Shown here one piece after another: positions 25,395 through 41,597 of a stretch of DNA of 64,000 bases (position 1 is the stretch's first letter; every line of letters starts with the position of its first letter). The notes beneath the pieces were generated by a model, which was not told the origin of the DNA, did no database searches, and saw only the letters and a list, made by a program, of their open reading frames with translations. This stretch comes from Vermamoeba vermiformis (taxonomy: Eukaryota). The stretch is taken from the NCBI GenBank assembly GCA_045837725.1, contig JBEWZL010000095.1:1-64000 (forward strand), in the 5' to 3' direction. Position numbers and translations under genes: made by a program.

Positions 25395-25865
25395 ATGTCA
25401 CTTCAAATTCGCAAGGCTCAAAAAGAGATGGAAGAGTCCTCCAACTACAAACAGTTCTTCACTGCCATGAAAGACATCGTGCCCACGGTCGAAGTGATCG
25501 TGGACAGCGAGAGCATTAAGAAGCTCGACGGCACTGGCAGATACAACGGCAACGACGAGTCAGTGCCGCTCGTCTTGTTCAATGTCCTCAGAGGCTACTT
25601 CTGGAAAGGCATTTCTAACGCATTCCGTGACGCGTTGAACGACGACATGGCCAAGGAAGCTGCGGCCGATGCAATCAAGCGCGTGACCGTGACATTTGTG
25701 CAGCATGACGAGCAGAAAGGTTACGGCTGGGAGCTGGCTAAGACGCAAGACAAGGACTGGACGTTGAAGGTCATCAAGAACTGGAAGGGCCTCGTGTTCG
25801 ACACTGAATTCAACACGTATCCTAATGCGCCTGAGATCAAGGATCAACTCCTCAAGTCGTTGTAA
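25395..25865 (+). CDS. Uncharacterised 156-aa soluble protein, intronless
   Basis: Clean ORF with strong C/G third-position bias, upstream TATA and downstream AATAAA; motif DDMAKEAAADAIKRV. Confidence 0.8.
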   Translation: MSLQIRKAQKEMEESSNYKQFFTAMKDIVPTVEVIVDSESIKKLDGTGRYNGNDESVPLVLFNVLRGYFWKGISNAFRDALNDDMAKEAAADAIKRVTVTFVQHDEQKGYGWELAKTQDKDWTLKVIKNWKGLVFDTEFNTYPNAPEIKDQLLKSL

Positions 25866-26217
25866 ATTGAGCTGGATAGTTTCAATTATTTTGTAAATTA
25901 CTCCTAATAAAGGATTATTCTGGATTTATCAAGCTATTAATTAATTTCTCGATCAATAATTATATTATTTGAATTTTTGCGGCTCGCAAATGAACAACAC
26001 CATCTGAAATAGATGTGGCTGCTAAAATGAAGCTACTGTAATTATTGTAACTTCATCAATATATTAATTATTTGCAGCGTATAGGCAATAATTGCGCTTG
26101 TGTTGTGGTGCGATCGGTTCATGAACGGGTGAAATAAAATTTTCCGGAGCGACCGTTCGGTTAGATACATAACTGTTTGTATACAAACAACCACAGCTCG
26201 ATATTAAAGAAGCAGTA

Positions 26218-27906
26218 ATGTCAGTCAAGCGCCCAGTTCAATTTTTGCCAAACAGCCAAGTTGTTGTTTTGGATTACACTGATCTCCTTGACGACAATGG
26301 TAAGTTGGCTTATTTAAGGCAGCTAAATATTAAACACGTATATTTTTGCAATAAATATTGGAAATTAACCATAATTATTGTATTTTAGTTGACTTGAGCG
26401 AGTCCTTCGAAACTGCCTACGGATTTGATGGTCTGGGCATTCTTACCGTTCGCGGTGTACGTACTATAATTATTAATATTTAATTTAATATGTGCAAATA
26501 TACATCTTCGTCGGATATCATTTTGACGGTTTTTTTGGATCTGATCGCAATATTTAATTAGGTTCCTAATGTCAAAGAATTAAGACAAGCCATTCTTCCT
26601 TTGGCTCACAAGTAAGTTAATATTATAATATTGATCCTATTATATTCTCTTTGTTGCTGACCCAGATCCTAACACGCGTTCATGAAACAGATTCGCCAAC
26701 CTTCCTGAAGAAGTTAAGCAAAAGACTGTGCATGAAGAGAGCTTCTTTAGCTTCGGCTGGAGTCACGGCAAAGAGTTCTTGGAAGGCAAGCCGGATCTTT
26801 CAAAGGTACTTTCCGATCGGAAAAATCGACTTTGCTTCTTTTGCTAATAACGCTGATTAGGGCTCATATTATAACAATCCTGTACATAACGCACCCTTCG
26901 ATGACCAAGAAATCATTAAGAAATACCCCGCCTTCGCTCACCCCAACATTTGGTAAGGATACATCCGCTTTTGTAGCGCGTACTGACCACAATAATAATA
27001 GGCCTTCAGAAGATATGCCCGAATTAGAACCTGCTTTCTTGAATATGGGCAAGCTTGTCGTCTCAGTTGGTGAGCTGTAAGTGCTTACAGATCTAACGTA
27101 CGAATGATCCCACGTACTGAATTTTATTATTATTAGTGTTGCGCGTGGTGCTGATAAATATGTTAAAAGCAAGGTCGCTGCCTATCCTGACCTCAAATTG
27201 CACAAGATCATCAAGGTACATTACAATCATTCTCCTACAAACAATTAATTTACTCGAGCTGGATCTGACAACTTTTTTAGACCTCACGTACCGCCAAAGC
27301 CAGATTATTGCACTACTTCCCTATTGATAAGCCTCTTCCTGCCGGTAAGCACATACATTTATATTAATTGCTGTTACTTAGCCTCGTGTAACGTATTAAT
27401 CGTTCTTCAAAGATGGTACCTCAGATCCGTTCAGCTCGTGGTGTGGCTGGCACAACGATCACGGCTCATTGACTGGACTCGTGCCTGCAATGTACATAGA
27501 TGCTAGTGGCAAGGAAGTGTCCAACCCTGACCCTCAATCTGGTCTCTACATCCGCTCGCGCAAGGGAGATCTGGTCAAAGTCAACATGCCCGCAGACCAC
27601 TTGGGCTTCCAAATCGGTGAGACCGCGCAAGTGCACTCCGGTGGTGTCTTGCAAGCCACGCCGCACTGTGTCAGAGCCGCTGCTACTGAGAGCGCAGTTG
27701 GTGTCAGCCGCGAGACTTTCGCCGTGTTCATGGAGCCACAATGGGACGAGCCGATGAACATTCCTGACGGCACTAGCGCTGAGCAAGTGTGTCACGGATC
27801 TAACGCGAAATTGTTCCCGCCTGGCGTGCCTGTCTTGGCGACACGATGGAAGCCTGAACAGGACTTTGGCAAGTTCACTGAAATCACATTGAAGTCTTAT
27901 TATTAA
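26218..27906 (+). CDS. 2-oxoglutarate/Fe(II)-dependent oxygenase (IPNS/clavaminate synthase-like fold), 9 exons
   Basis: Spliced motifs GWSHGKE, KGSYYNNP, ARLLHYFP, WCGWHNDHGSLTGL (HxD), ATPHCVR (distal His), SRETFAVFMEP. Confidence 0.9.
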
Positions 27907-28080
27907 AATCGATATACTAATAATAAACTCGAAAATTTTACATTAACCTGGCCCGGCTCTTCTCACTTGGTCAAGATAACGAATAGCAGCTTGAGGTACG
28001 TAAGACTAACTATAGTTTATTGTGATTGAATTACAATTTAAGAACAAACTGCAGAGAATATTTAAAGCTTGTCAAAGCAT

Positions 28081-30402
28081 TTAGGTGAAAATTAGGAACA
28101 ACAGCGCGGTGACTAAGATTGATAGCACACCATGATATTCGAATAGAGCCGCAGCGGTGCTCACTCCCGAGGGAGATCTGCTTGGCGGCGTAGTAGCAGT
28201 GTAGGGAGGTGAAGTGACTGGTCCTGGTACCGACACAATTTCTGCATCAATTCGTTAGTACTTAATTGTGGATTAATAGTAAGCAGACTTACTCGCTGGA
28301 GTGACAGACCAAACCGGATTTGGATCGAAATTTTGTTTCATTTCGGGCCAATTGGTCGCATTAACCATTCTGAAATATGATTCAACAGCGCCAGGTACTC
28401 CCAATTGCACCGCATACGAGATGGCAGGCTGAAGATTGCCCCACATAGATCTGGGCCAAAATCCAATGTCATATTCGGCACTCAGCACTCCTTCTTGCGT
28501 GCTCATCCAAGTTGGTGGTGTCGCGAATGTAGCAGCGTAAACAGCGGACCAATCAGCGAGCCAGGGACCAGCGCCTGTTTGGAAGTCGGGAACGTCAACG
28601 TTTGAGACCGTAATCGTGTACGGAGCTCCATTGATGTACCAGAAGCCAGTGGACGGTCCTAATCTGCCGACAACGGACTTGGCCTTCCATTGGAAGAATT
28701 CCATGGCTTTTTGGCTGTCTGCATCCGACACTGGCAGATCTAGCGAGATCGCGTGGCCCCAAGCAGCCGTAACAAAGTCTTGTTGCCACACAGCCACAAT
28801 GCCCGTGGCCTGACCACCACTGCCGTTGTCATATGCTTCTCCAGGCTGAATAAGTCCAAAGTCGTTGTTTTGTTGCTGGATGTACTTGGCGTGGTGGAAG
28901 CGGATGTTGCTCTCCCAACTCGCTTTGAAATTGTTGCGATAGTCATCGGCATCAGGAGTGACTGAATAAGCTTGGGCGAGGGCTCTGATCATCCACGCTG
29001 AAGAACGGGTCTGCACAGCACCAACGACTGAATGCAAAATGCCCGAGCTCATATTCCGCACGACGTCGGTGCCACCATTGTCAGTGAGGCCCAAGTAGTT
29101 GGTGGTGGCTGCAAACTGCACTTGTTCCATGAACAACCAGCGGCCAGTGACTAAATAAGCCAAGTAGCCTACTGACGGTGAATGTGCAGGGTCCCATTTA
29201 GGGGCTCCAGTTCCGTTACAGCGCGGAGTGATGTCGTTCTTGCTCGAGGCACCGTTGTTGTAGTATCGACACGTGTCATCAATGACCAAATTAGGATAGT
29301 CGCTGAATCGAAGGGGTTTCAAGGTGTTTTCATCGCGCCAAATCAACGGATAACGACCAGCACTGTAGCCATTGAACACGACGCCCTTGTAGACTATACT
29401 GGCGTTAACAGAAGTCAAATACGCCACGTCGTGCTCGGGAAGCATGCCAATGGGCCGTTGATAGCCAGGAGACGGCATTGAATCGGAGTCGTAGTCGAAG
29501 TTGCCTTGCTGTAAGGGCGCAAAAGAGCCAACTAAACGACTCACCGCTGCTTGCCCCGCATCGGCATCGGCAAAATATGAAGGGACGAGAAGCGAGGCTT
29601 GCATATAGATCGTGTCGTGGTGGACGGTAACGGCGGGATCTGTTGCGCCGAACCAATAAGAAAGAGCTGTTCCCGACAACAGAGGAGTGCGTGTATGAGC
29701 AGGGAGATCGATGAGACTAGTAAAGAGAGTGTCGCCGCCCAATTGAAAGTTGAAATTAGCGGTTTTGTTGGTCGGATTGGGAACGCGGATGTAGCCGTTT
29801 TCGATCCAAGGAAGAACCTCGACCGCTCCTCCCTTGTAAAGACGCACGTCTAACCAGGCAACGAGATAAGGGTCGTTTCCAACAGGCTTACGGAAAATCC
29901 AGTTCGACATCTGCCAGCCAGAAGTCCATTCCAAGTGAGGAGAGTCCCAATCAGCATTTTGCCAGGAAACACTTCCATAGCTCTCGCAATCTATCGCTGC
30001 GGTAAGACCAGTGGCCTTCAAATCGCTCAGCGTCAGAGGAGAACTATTCGTGTCACTCGCAGATGGACCGAGCGTCACAACCAACGGGGTGTCTGCGGTA
30101 AGAGCCGCGTGGCCAGAAATTATGGCGTATTTCAATGAGCCATCGGACCAATAGTTTTTCGGCACGACTTGCATTTCGGCAAGATTCGAAGCAGCAACAT
30201 TTTGACCGGATGCAATGTGGCCCTTGACGAAAGAGAAGCCTAACGTGAATGGTGCGCTGCCAGTAACAGGACTGAGTAGCACGAAAGACATGGCGCCTGT
30301 AGGAGTTGGCACGGAGACACCGGAGTACGTCGTGTTGAGGCACAAAACGGATCTCGACAGCGAGCAAACTAACACTGCGACCAAAATAAGTCCGAGGTGC
30401 AT
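28081..30402 (-). CDS. Secreted bacterial-type ~700-aa protein with a spliced Pro/Ser/Thr linker and GPI-type tail; exons 30402-28293 and 28241-28081
   Basis: Signal peptide and a long intronless body. Intron 28292-28242 (GTAAGT...TACTAAC...GCAG) adds KIVSVPGPVTSPPYTATTPPSRSPSGVSTAAALFEYHGVLSILVTALLFLIFT* in frame. Confidence 0.85.
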
Positions 30403-30667
30403 GGTGTTGGATTATCTAAAATTAAAAATAATCAGCATTGCTTGTTCTGACAGTTAAAGGGATCTCATTGCAGTCCCGTATTTGTCCGTTGCTGAATTTA
30501 GTAAGAAAGATATTTGAATCTTTGGCGTGTGTGTTACTCCAAATCAAGACAATAAATATATATTAGACAGATTCATACTTACGAAGACAGGTAGATTTGT
30601 CAGTCGAAGGCCAGTGGACATTCAAAAGTGACTTTGTACACACAGCAGCCTAGGGCAAAAAGGATGT

Positions 30668-30750
30668 CGACAACAGCAGGGTTTGAACCTGCGCGGGGGA
30701 ACCCCATGTGATTTCAAGTCACACGCCTTAGACCACTCGGCCATGTTGTC
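30668..30750 (-). tRNA. tRNA-Ser (anticodon UGA)
   Basis: GACAACA/TGTTGTC acceptor stem, TGGCCGAGTGG A-box, TGTGA-CTTGAAA-TCACA anticodon arm, long variable arm, GGTTCAAACC T-arm, G discriminator. Confidence 0.95.
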
Positions 30751-31976
30751 ATTTTCTTGAACTCTTCTTCAGGAGTACTTTGGCTCACGGTCACTAATTC
30801 AGCAGGCCTTGCCCCGTCACGATGTTGCCCACAACAATAATTACGACCGCCGAGCGGTCAATAAAGCTAGCTATCGCACTACGAAGGATTTATCTACCAA
30901 ATCTTCACGTCCTGAAAGTCCCATCTTCAAATCGGGATTAGATGCGCAGAAAATCGTCAGGAATTCTGGAAAAATTCGTAATACCGTCTACTGCAGTCGT
31001 TAGCGTACAGCAGCGACACTTCAAATTTTCTCTTAATTTTGGCTGTACCTGGTGACCAGCTAGACAAGATCCTCATCGACTCGAGGATAGGTGACACGGA
31101 TAGAAGGTTTTTGCGAAAACCGCTTATTCTTATCTACCTATTTATACAGTAGACTTGCTAGCGGTTTCCTTCACCAAATGTTCTTGTACTGAATTTAGAA
31201 AGCTAAAATGCGGATTTTTGTTACCGGACTTTTTTTGTGCTCGTTGGATTGAAACGAAACGCCGAACAATTCGCCTAAATAACGAATTCTATTTGTTATA
31301 AAATAATTTAAGTTTAGAAAGCCATCAGATACACTGTAACGAAGATGCAGAACCACAACTCTACAAAGCCGACGCGTCTAAGAAGGACAAATAATTCTTC
31401 TATTTTGTTAATGTATATATAATATTTTAAAAATACTTGCACATATTGCATTCTATCCAATGAAAGTCAGAAACTTGGGCTGGAAACGGTTGATTGAAAC
31501 CTTAGGAGGACCAAAGCAAGCACTGCTTATACGTGCATTCGTAGGCCTTCTACGGTTCGCAGTTGCGGCTTGACATTTAGAAGTGGTGCGTATCCGTAAA
31601 AAGTTTATTAAATTGGAAAAAGCAGTATTTTGCTTTGCAATAAGCGAGGATCGATATTGTACATTCTTATACTCAGCAAGGTATGCGTTTTTGTATTTTT
31701 ATAGCACGGGACCGTGGATTTAATGCCCGTTGGGAAAAAATCACGATTGCACCTTGCAGGTACAACCTTGGCTGCTTGGTCTTCTGGTATAATACCAAAG
31801 CTCGACTTCTTCTGATTGAAATCAAGAAATTGTTACCTGTTCTTATGCGCTCTTGTCTTGTACTGAATTAGTTACCGCGAGCCAAAGTACTCCTGAAAGA
31901 GACTTCAAGAAAATGGCAACATGGCCGAGCGGAACCAAGGCGTGTGACTTGAAATCACATGGGGTTCCCCCGCGCA
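30690..31976. repeat. Inverted duplication of about 113 bp (30690-30802 vs 31863-31976)
   Basis: CTGAATTAGT...GAGCCAAAGTACTCCTGAA...TTCAAGAAAATG plus the tRNA 5' portion occurs on opposite strands. Confidence 0.9.
31915..31976 (+). pseudogene. 3'-truncated tRNA-Ser(UGA) pseudogene
   Basis: Anticodon and variable arms identical to 30668-30750, altered D-arm, no T-arm and no 3' acceptor strand. Confidence 0.9.
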
Positions 31977-32042
31977 AGCGCGGGCTTTCTTAAATATATT
32001 GGCCGGCTTAGATATACATAAGTTTATCAAATAAAACAGGTC

Positions 32043-35787
<3,745 letters not shown>

Positions 35788-35999
35788 GTTGCGATGTGTT
35801 CACTAAGATCTAAAATAATGCACAAAACTCGCTTCAAAAAATTTTGATGCTTCACTGAACAATTCGATCGAAGCCCACGTGCGATTAGTATTTATGGCTA
35901 TTTAAAGAACAACTATATAGTGCCAAATTAGTGTTGGGCCTCAAAGCACGGGATCAAATCTGAAAGACGGCATTTTTTATAGACAAGACAGCACTAAAT

Positions 36000-37702
36000 T
36001 TACAATTTGGAAGTCAATTTCTTCTTTGGTCTGTAGAGAATTCCTCTATTGATGTCGCGAACAGTTCTAAACGTGGTTTGTGAGTAAGGTGAGACGGGAT
36101 CTTTGACGATACATACCTGCATCCAGACAGCACCATGGCACTTTCTAACTCCTTGTTCAACAATGTAAGCACGGCTTTGACACCCTAAATATCGAAGGTT
36201 AGGTTATCTCACTAATACAGTTGAGATTAATCGATCGGAAAGTACCTCTTTGCCGTTATGCGCCAAACCCCTGTTGAAAATAGCAATATTAGTATTAAGC
36301 ACTATAGTATTATGGATATATGCTATACTAACCATAATACAGGTCGTCCAACAAAAACAGCTGTGAAGTGAAGAAGTCAGATCTGCTGCGAGTCACGTGG
36401 TTTTAATCATACCTCTAGCGCCCAATGCAATAGCCTTCAAGACATCAGTGCCGCGTCTGATGCCTCCGTCCAAGTAGACCTCAACAGAAGAGTCTTCTTT
36501 CTTCACTGCTGCTACTATATCGGGCAAAACTTCAATTGTAGCGGGCACTGTGTCGAGTTGGCGGGCACCGTGGTTCGATACAATGATACCGCGCACACCT
36601 GCCTTGATGGCCTTAACAGCGTCTTCGGGGTGCATAATACCCTTTACGAGCACTGGCAGCTTAGTCTTCTTGCACAACCAAGTCACATCTTCCCACTTGA
36701 GCGCTGCATCCAAGTTGCGAGCAACAAACGAGTTCAAGCCTGATTGACCCTGTCAGTTAAATTGTGTTAGTAAGTTTATACTATTGTGTAATAATAGAGC
36801 TAACGTACAGTGTAGCCAGGCAAGTGTGAGTCAGATGCGACGTCTTTGTAATGAGCTAATTGAACGCCGTTAGGCAATTGAAATCCGTTGCGGTGATCGG
36901 CCTCGCGACTTCCTAATATAGGTGTATCAACGGTCAATACAAGGGCCTTATAACCACTCTTCTCTGCACGTTGCACGATCTTGGCGGTGAATTCTCTATC
37001 CTGAAAAGTTCGTCAGGAATAATGCTCGTCGTATCAGTAAGTACGTCAATGTGTACCTTAAGGACATATAATTGGAACCATTTAAGGCCCTCAGGAACGG
37101 CTTTAGCGACGTCTTCGAGATCTGTTGTACTCAGCGAACTTTCCATTAAAATTGCGTTAATACTTGATCATGTATTTACTATTATTGAAGTTACCTAAGG
37201 CACATCAATGTCTTAGTCTCTGCAGCTGCCTTGGCAGTGGAAATTTCTCCATCAACGGGTTCCGCGAGCTTATGCATTGCTGAGGTAAAATTAGAACAGA
37301 ATCTTCAATCAAACATCGATCCTTACCCGTGGCTGCAATACAGATAGGCGAAGGAATTCTTTGCCCAAGAACTTTGGTTGTTAAATCGACCTTGGAGACA
37401 TCAACCATGAATCTGTCAAACAAAATAATTTCTAAATAAATAAATAATAATAACTACAATATTTAGATGTCAATGTTAGGCACGATCATACAAAAGCGAT
37501 TGAAATAATATTCTTACCTCGGCAATATTTTAATTTTTGTGAATGCCTCTTCGTTGTCTTTCAACGTGATCTGATCGCCAGCACCTGAAGCATAATAATC
37601 ATAAAACATTTTCTCCATTTTTTTCTCGGCACTTTTTCTAAAGTCCTCCACGCTAATGGGGAGCACAATTTTTTGAACCTGGGTAGCTTGACTGTTATGC
37701 AT
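36000..37702 (-). CDS. HAO: FMN-dependent (S)-2-hydroxy-acid (glycolate) oxidase, peroxisomal
   Basis: [33 protein letters not shown] and [18 protein letters not shown]; the C-terminus is TSKL* (PTS1). Confidence 0.93.
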
Positions 37703-37926
37703 ATTGTATCGCTTTAACAATAACGGTATGAATTATATGCTCTTAGTTAATATGATGTAATCAACTGTTGTACTGAATACAAAAATTGAGTTAAAGAAGC
37801 AAAATTCTCTCGTGGCCATTCATGAACCAATTTTCATAATTATCTTTTATTAATTAGAGGCCTAATATTCTCGTTGATATATTACCAGGGCCAATATATT
37901 TGGTATTTTGTTCCAGTTGAGAATGG

Positions 37927-38550
37927 TCAAAAGCAGCGTGCGAGCACAGGTAGACCACCAAGTATGTCGGGATCGGTAGTGCAATTATTAGTAGGCATAA
38001 CATAAGTTGCCGATAAATCCGCGCAGTTGCGGTGCAAAAAGAGCGAGAGTTTAGCTTTAGATCCGTTTGAAGTACACGTAACCTTAAACGAGTTGTACCA
38101 AGTGTTTTGAGGGCTGTAATTAATGCATGCATCTTTTTCAGTCGCATAAATATTGTACGGATTGCCCGCGCAATTCTCGGTGTTATGCAACTCAAGCGAG
38201 ACCGCATCAGATCCAAAGCCTTTGGTTACATCCGGTTTGTTAGCAGTAGTGCATGTAGAAAAATATCCATCAATACATTGATTCATAGGCGTATCGAATG
38301 CATCATTACAGTTACGGCTGCAGTCGTATCCATCGCAAGAATATGTAGTCCATGTTTTTTCGTCTTTCGAACATTCGCCATAAGAGGCTTGGCCTGCATA
38401 ACTTTGACAATATCCGGGCGAATATGTTCCAGTGGGTATTATGCTATCGTTGTTGAAGCAAGGTTTTACCAAAATCCAATCTGATCGAACCTGCGAGGTG
38501 CAGGCCAGTCCGACCAAGAATATTACGTACGACCTGAATACACCTAACAT
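37927..38550 (-). CDS. Secreted Cys-rich protein, intronless
   Basis: Signal peptide and regularly spaced Cys in repeated C...C...Y/F...C modules; no hydrophobic tail. Confidence 0.75.
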   Translation of the reverse strand: MLGVFRSYVIFLVGLACTSQVRSDWILVKPCFNNDSIIPTGTYSPGYCQSYAGQASYGECSKDEKTWTTYSCDGYDCSRNCNDAFDTPMNQCIDGYFSTCTTANKPDVTKGFGSDAVSLELHNTENCAGNPYNIYATEKDACINYSPQNTWYNSFKVTCTSNGSKAKLSLFLHRNCADLSATYVMPTNNCTTDPDILGGLPVLARCF

Positions 38551-39121
38551 AGTAATAATATTAGGTTAGTGGTAGTGGCGCTTTTTTAAAACGGTGCAAC
38601 TGATATTTTCGTTTGGTTTAAAAATCAACAAATAATAACTGCAATGATTTGACCAAGTAAGTCTAAAAAATATTAATGCTATATCGTTGCTATCGTGGCA
38701 GTTCATTAATACCCGTTTTTATTGAAAGCCAATCTAGCGTTCAGTCTTGAAGGGACTTCCACCTGGCATCCTACTTACCTTTTCGGTCAGGATATAGTTT
38801 AAATTGTGTTGTAATCGAATGGTAATAGATCGCGATCTATTGATTCATCAATTTGTCACAGATTTGCTTCGGCGCCGACGGCACCTTCTTTGCTATTTCA
38901 ATTTCAGACTTTCTGAACTAATTATCGTACTTCTAAACTGGCAATTTAAACCTAGCATCGTTTTCCTTCATAGACAAATTCATAATGGCGCCGCGGTAGG
39001 TCCGCGAAGCTTCTTTTTTTGGGTTCGCGATACTGGAGTCACGTGCCAGCCTCAGGACAAAAAGTTTTTCGCGTCGCAATGTTTTATAAACCAAAAGATA
39101 TCAACAACAACGCAACAAACT

Positions 39122-40649
39122 ATGTCTATGAACGCTATTGTCATTAACAAGCACGGTGACGTGGATGTGCTCGAAAAAGTCACTCTCCCCAAGCCTACGC
39201 CTCAACCTCGTGATTTGATTGTTCAAAGTACGTCACAGACCTAATAATTTTCATATTTTTCTCATTAAAAAGTAAATTAAATGAAAGATCTGACGTTTGA
39301 TCTTGAAAATATTTAATATCTCATATTGAAATTGATTTAGACCAGCCTTTGATTAATCTAATTTCTATTTATTGTAGTCAAAGCTGTTTCAATCAATCCT
39401 GTAGACACGAAGGTGCGCAAAGGAGGCAAGGGTCAATCAGGCAGCAACAGAATTCTGGGTTACGACGGTGCTGGTATCGTACGTGGTCGATATTCGAGCT
39501 AAATAGTGTTCATAACTTCAATATATTAATACCTCTATTAAGGTCACTGAAGTCGGTAGCGAAGTTACGAACTTTAAGGTCGGCGACGAAGTCTACTTTG
39601 CTGGTGTTATCAACAGAAATGGTACTTATCGCTAATATTATTCTTCGGCGTACAAATATTAAAATTATATCGTCTAGGAACCAACGCTGAATATACTGCT
39701 GTCGATGAACGTATCGTTGGTCGCAAGCCAAAGAAATTAAGGTGCGTGTCAAAGTGTCTAATTTGCGTGTCATATGATCGTCATTAACCTCTCAAATGCA
39801 GCTGGGAAGAAGCAGCCGCCATTCCATTGACGATTTTGACTGCGTGGGAAGGTCTGATTGAAGGTGCAGGTGCCACTCCTCGTGATCAACCTGAAGCCAA
39901 GCCCAAGACCTTGTTAGTCATTGCTGGTGCCGGTGGTACGTTGCTTAGATTAAATACGTTAGATCCAACAATATACCAACCAAAGTTTCGTTATCAAATA
40001 GGCGTCGGATCTGCTGTCATTGAACTCGCGAAGAAGATTCTTAAATTGACTGTCATCGCTACTGCTTCGCGCCAAGATTCCATTGACTACTGCAAGAAGT
40101 TCGGTGCTGATCACGTGATCAACCACAAAAACGATTTGAAAGAAGAGCTCAAGAAAGTCGGACTTGATGGCGTTGATTACGTCTTCAATTGCGCCGATGC
40201 AGGTACGCAAATAATGAGTCATTATCATATATAATATGAGCCATTACTAAAATCATTTCGACAGACCAATATTTTGACGCAGCTGTGCAGATCATCAATC
40301 CACTCGGCAAAGTAATTTGCATTACCGAGACTAAAGTGCCTCACAATATTCAACCGTTGATGTCCAAGCGTGGTTCATTCATCTATGAATTCATGTTCTC
40401 TCGTCCTATGTACGGAGCTGAACCTGTAAGTTAATTTCCTAATGTGGCTATTAATTAACCGCTCGTACTGACGAAAACGTTGCGAAGGAAAAACAAGGCG
40501 AGATTTTGAATAAAGTTGCGGATCTGTTGGACTCTGGTGTGTTCCAAAGCCGCTTGACCAAGACTTACAATTTGTGGACCGACATCAAACAAGCGCACAA
40601 AGACGTCGAGAGCGGTTCTCTTATTGGAAAGGTTGCCTTGACCTTGTAA
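39122..40649 (+). CDS. MDR-superfamily NADPH oxidoreductase (zinc-type alcohol dehydrogenase-like / quinone reductase), multi-exon
   Basis: AVSINPVDTKVR, LGYDGAG, GTNAEY, PLTILTAWEGL, IAGAGGVGS, ATASR...GADHVINH, YEFMFSRP, IGKVAL. Confidence 0.9.
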
Positions 40650-40780
40650 ATAATATGAATTAAATAAATTTCTACTACACGTTATCGAACTACTAATTTC
40701 AACGTTTATTGCGGGAACTGTACCAGTCCACACACTGTTGGTGGTCCTGCAAATTAAAAATTCTACATACAAATATAATT

Positions 40781-41068
40781 TTATTTTGGCTTTACTCTTC
40801 GCCACCCGGCACTACTGTAATCTGTACTGTAATCTGTTTTCTGTACGGCGTGCTTTGCCCACTCAGCATATTCTATATCCTCTTTTTCCTCGTCGTCTCT
40901 TGTTGGTTGGGGGAAATTAGTAGCATTATTTGTGGTCTGTTTGGAGGGCGTACGTCTCCAAGTTGCTGTATTTGGAACAATTGAAACATCTTGAGACGCA
41001 GCTTTAAACCACGTATCGTACAAGTTATCCTCTTGATTGTAAACGCTAGCTACTACTTTGTCAGACAT
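40781..41068 (-). CDS. Small hypothetical hydrophilic protein
   Basis: ATG-started 95-aa ORF between genes; no domain recognised. Confidence 0.45.
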   Translation of the reverse strand: MSDKVVASVYNQEDNLYDTWFKAASQDVSIVPNTATWRRTPSKQTTNNATNFPQPTRDDEEKEDIEYAEWAKHAVQKTDYSTDYSSAGWRRVKPK

Positions 41069-41597
41069 GGTTCCGTTGACTAATTAAAACGAAAGAATAG
41101 TAATTGAAAGAAAAAACGTTGCCAACAACGCCGCGCAATAGGTCGCGCGCTGCAAAGGCGCTACTTATTGGTCTGATGTTTTTAGTTTGCGACAAAGTTT
41201 GGCTCACTGCCGGCTGTGGTTTCTAGTGAACAGCTTGGATGTCGTTGCTGCGAAGTTCCGTTTGGATGCAAGTTGCTTAGTCGCAATTTGTACTCAAGCA
41301 GAAAAGAGAGATTGATTGCTATGTAATGTTTGTTGTAGATGAAGACACCTAGACCGATAGAAGATCATGCCCTAAAACCGCTACAAATCTTGCTAGCAGA
41401 AAGATACGAAAATTAGAATTCCATGATCGAGCCGTTAAGGATTGTTAACGCGATCAAACAGAAACACTCGGCCAAAGTGTACAAAATACTTTTTATACGA
41501 ATATTACATACGTAAGCGCTTGGCTACACGTAAAATTTCCGTGATTGGTAGCAACAAAAACGGATGGCGTACACTGGATACGCAGGCGAGCGTGGAC

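Noticed and set aside
26300-27412. Introns spaced about 130-180 bp apart, suggesting nucleosome phasing
   Set aside because: Fairly regular in this gene but not in the MDR or RasGEF genes; cannot be separated from short-exon statistics without genome-wide data.
30668-30750. Possible selenocysteine or suppressor tRNA
   Set aside because: The anticodon is UGA (reads UCA, Ser), not UCA, and the acceptor stem is a normal 7 bp.
30803-31862. Possible transposon between the inverted tRNA arms
   Set aside because: No transposase or RT ORF and no target-site duplication seen; the arms are tRNA plus flank rather than terminal inverted repeats.
41180-41290. Possible structured ncRNA (TTGCGAC...GTCGCAA pairing)
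   Set aside because: Only short stems and no recognisable snRNA, snoRNA or SRP motif; an Rfam search would be needed.
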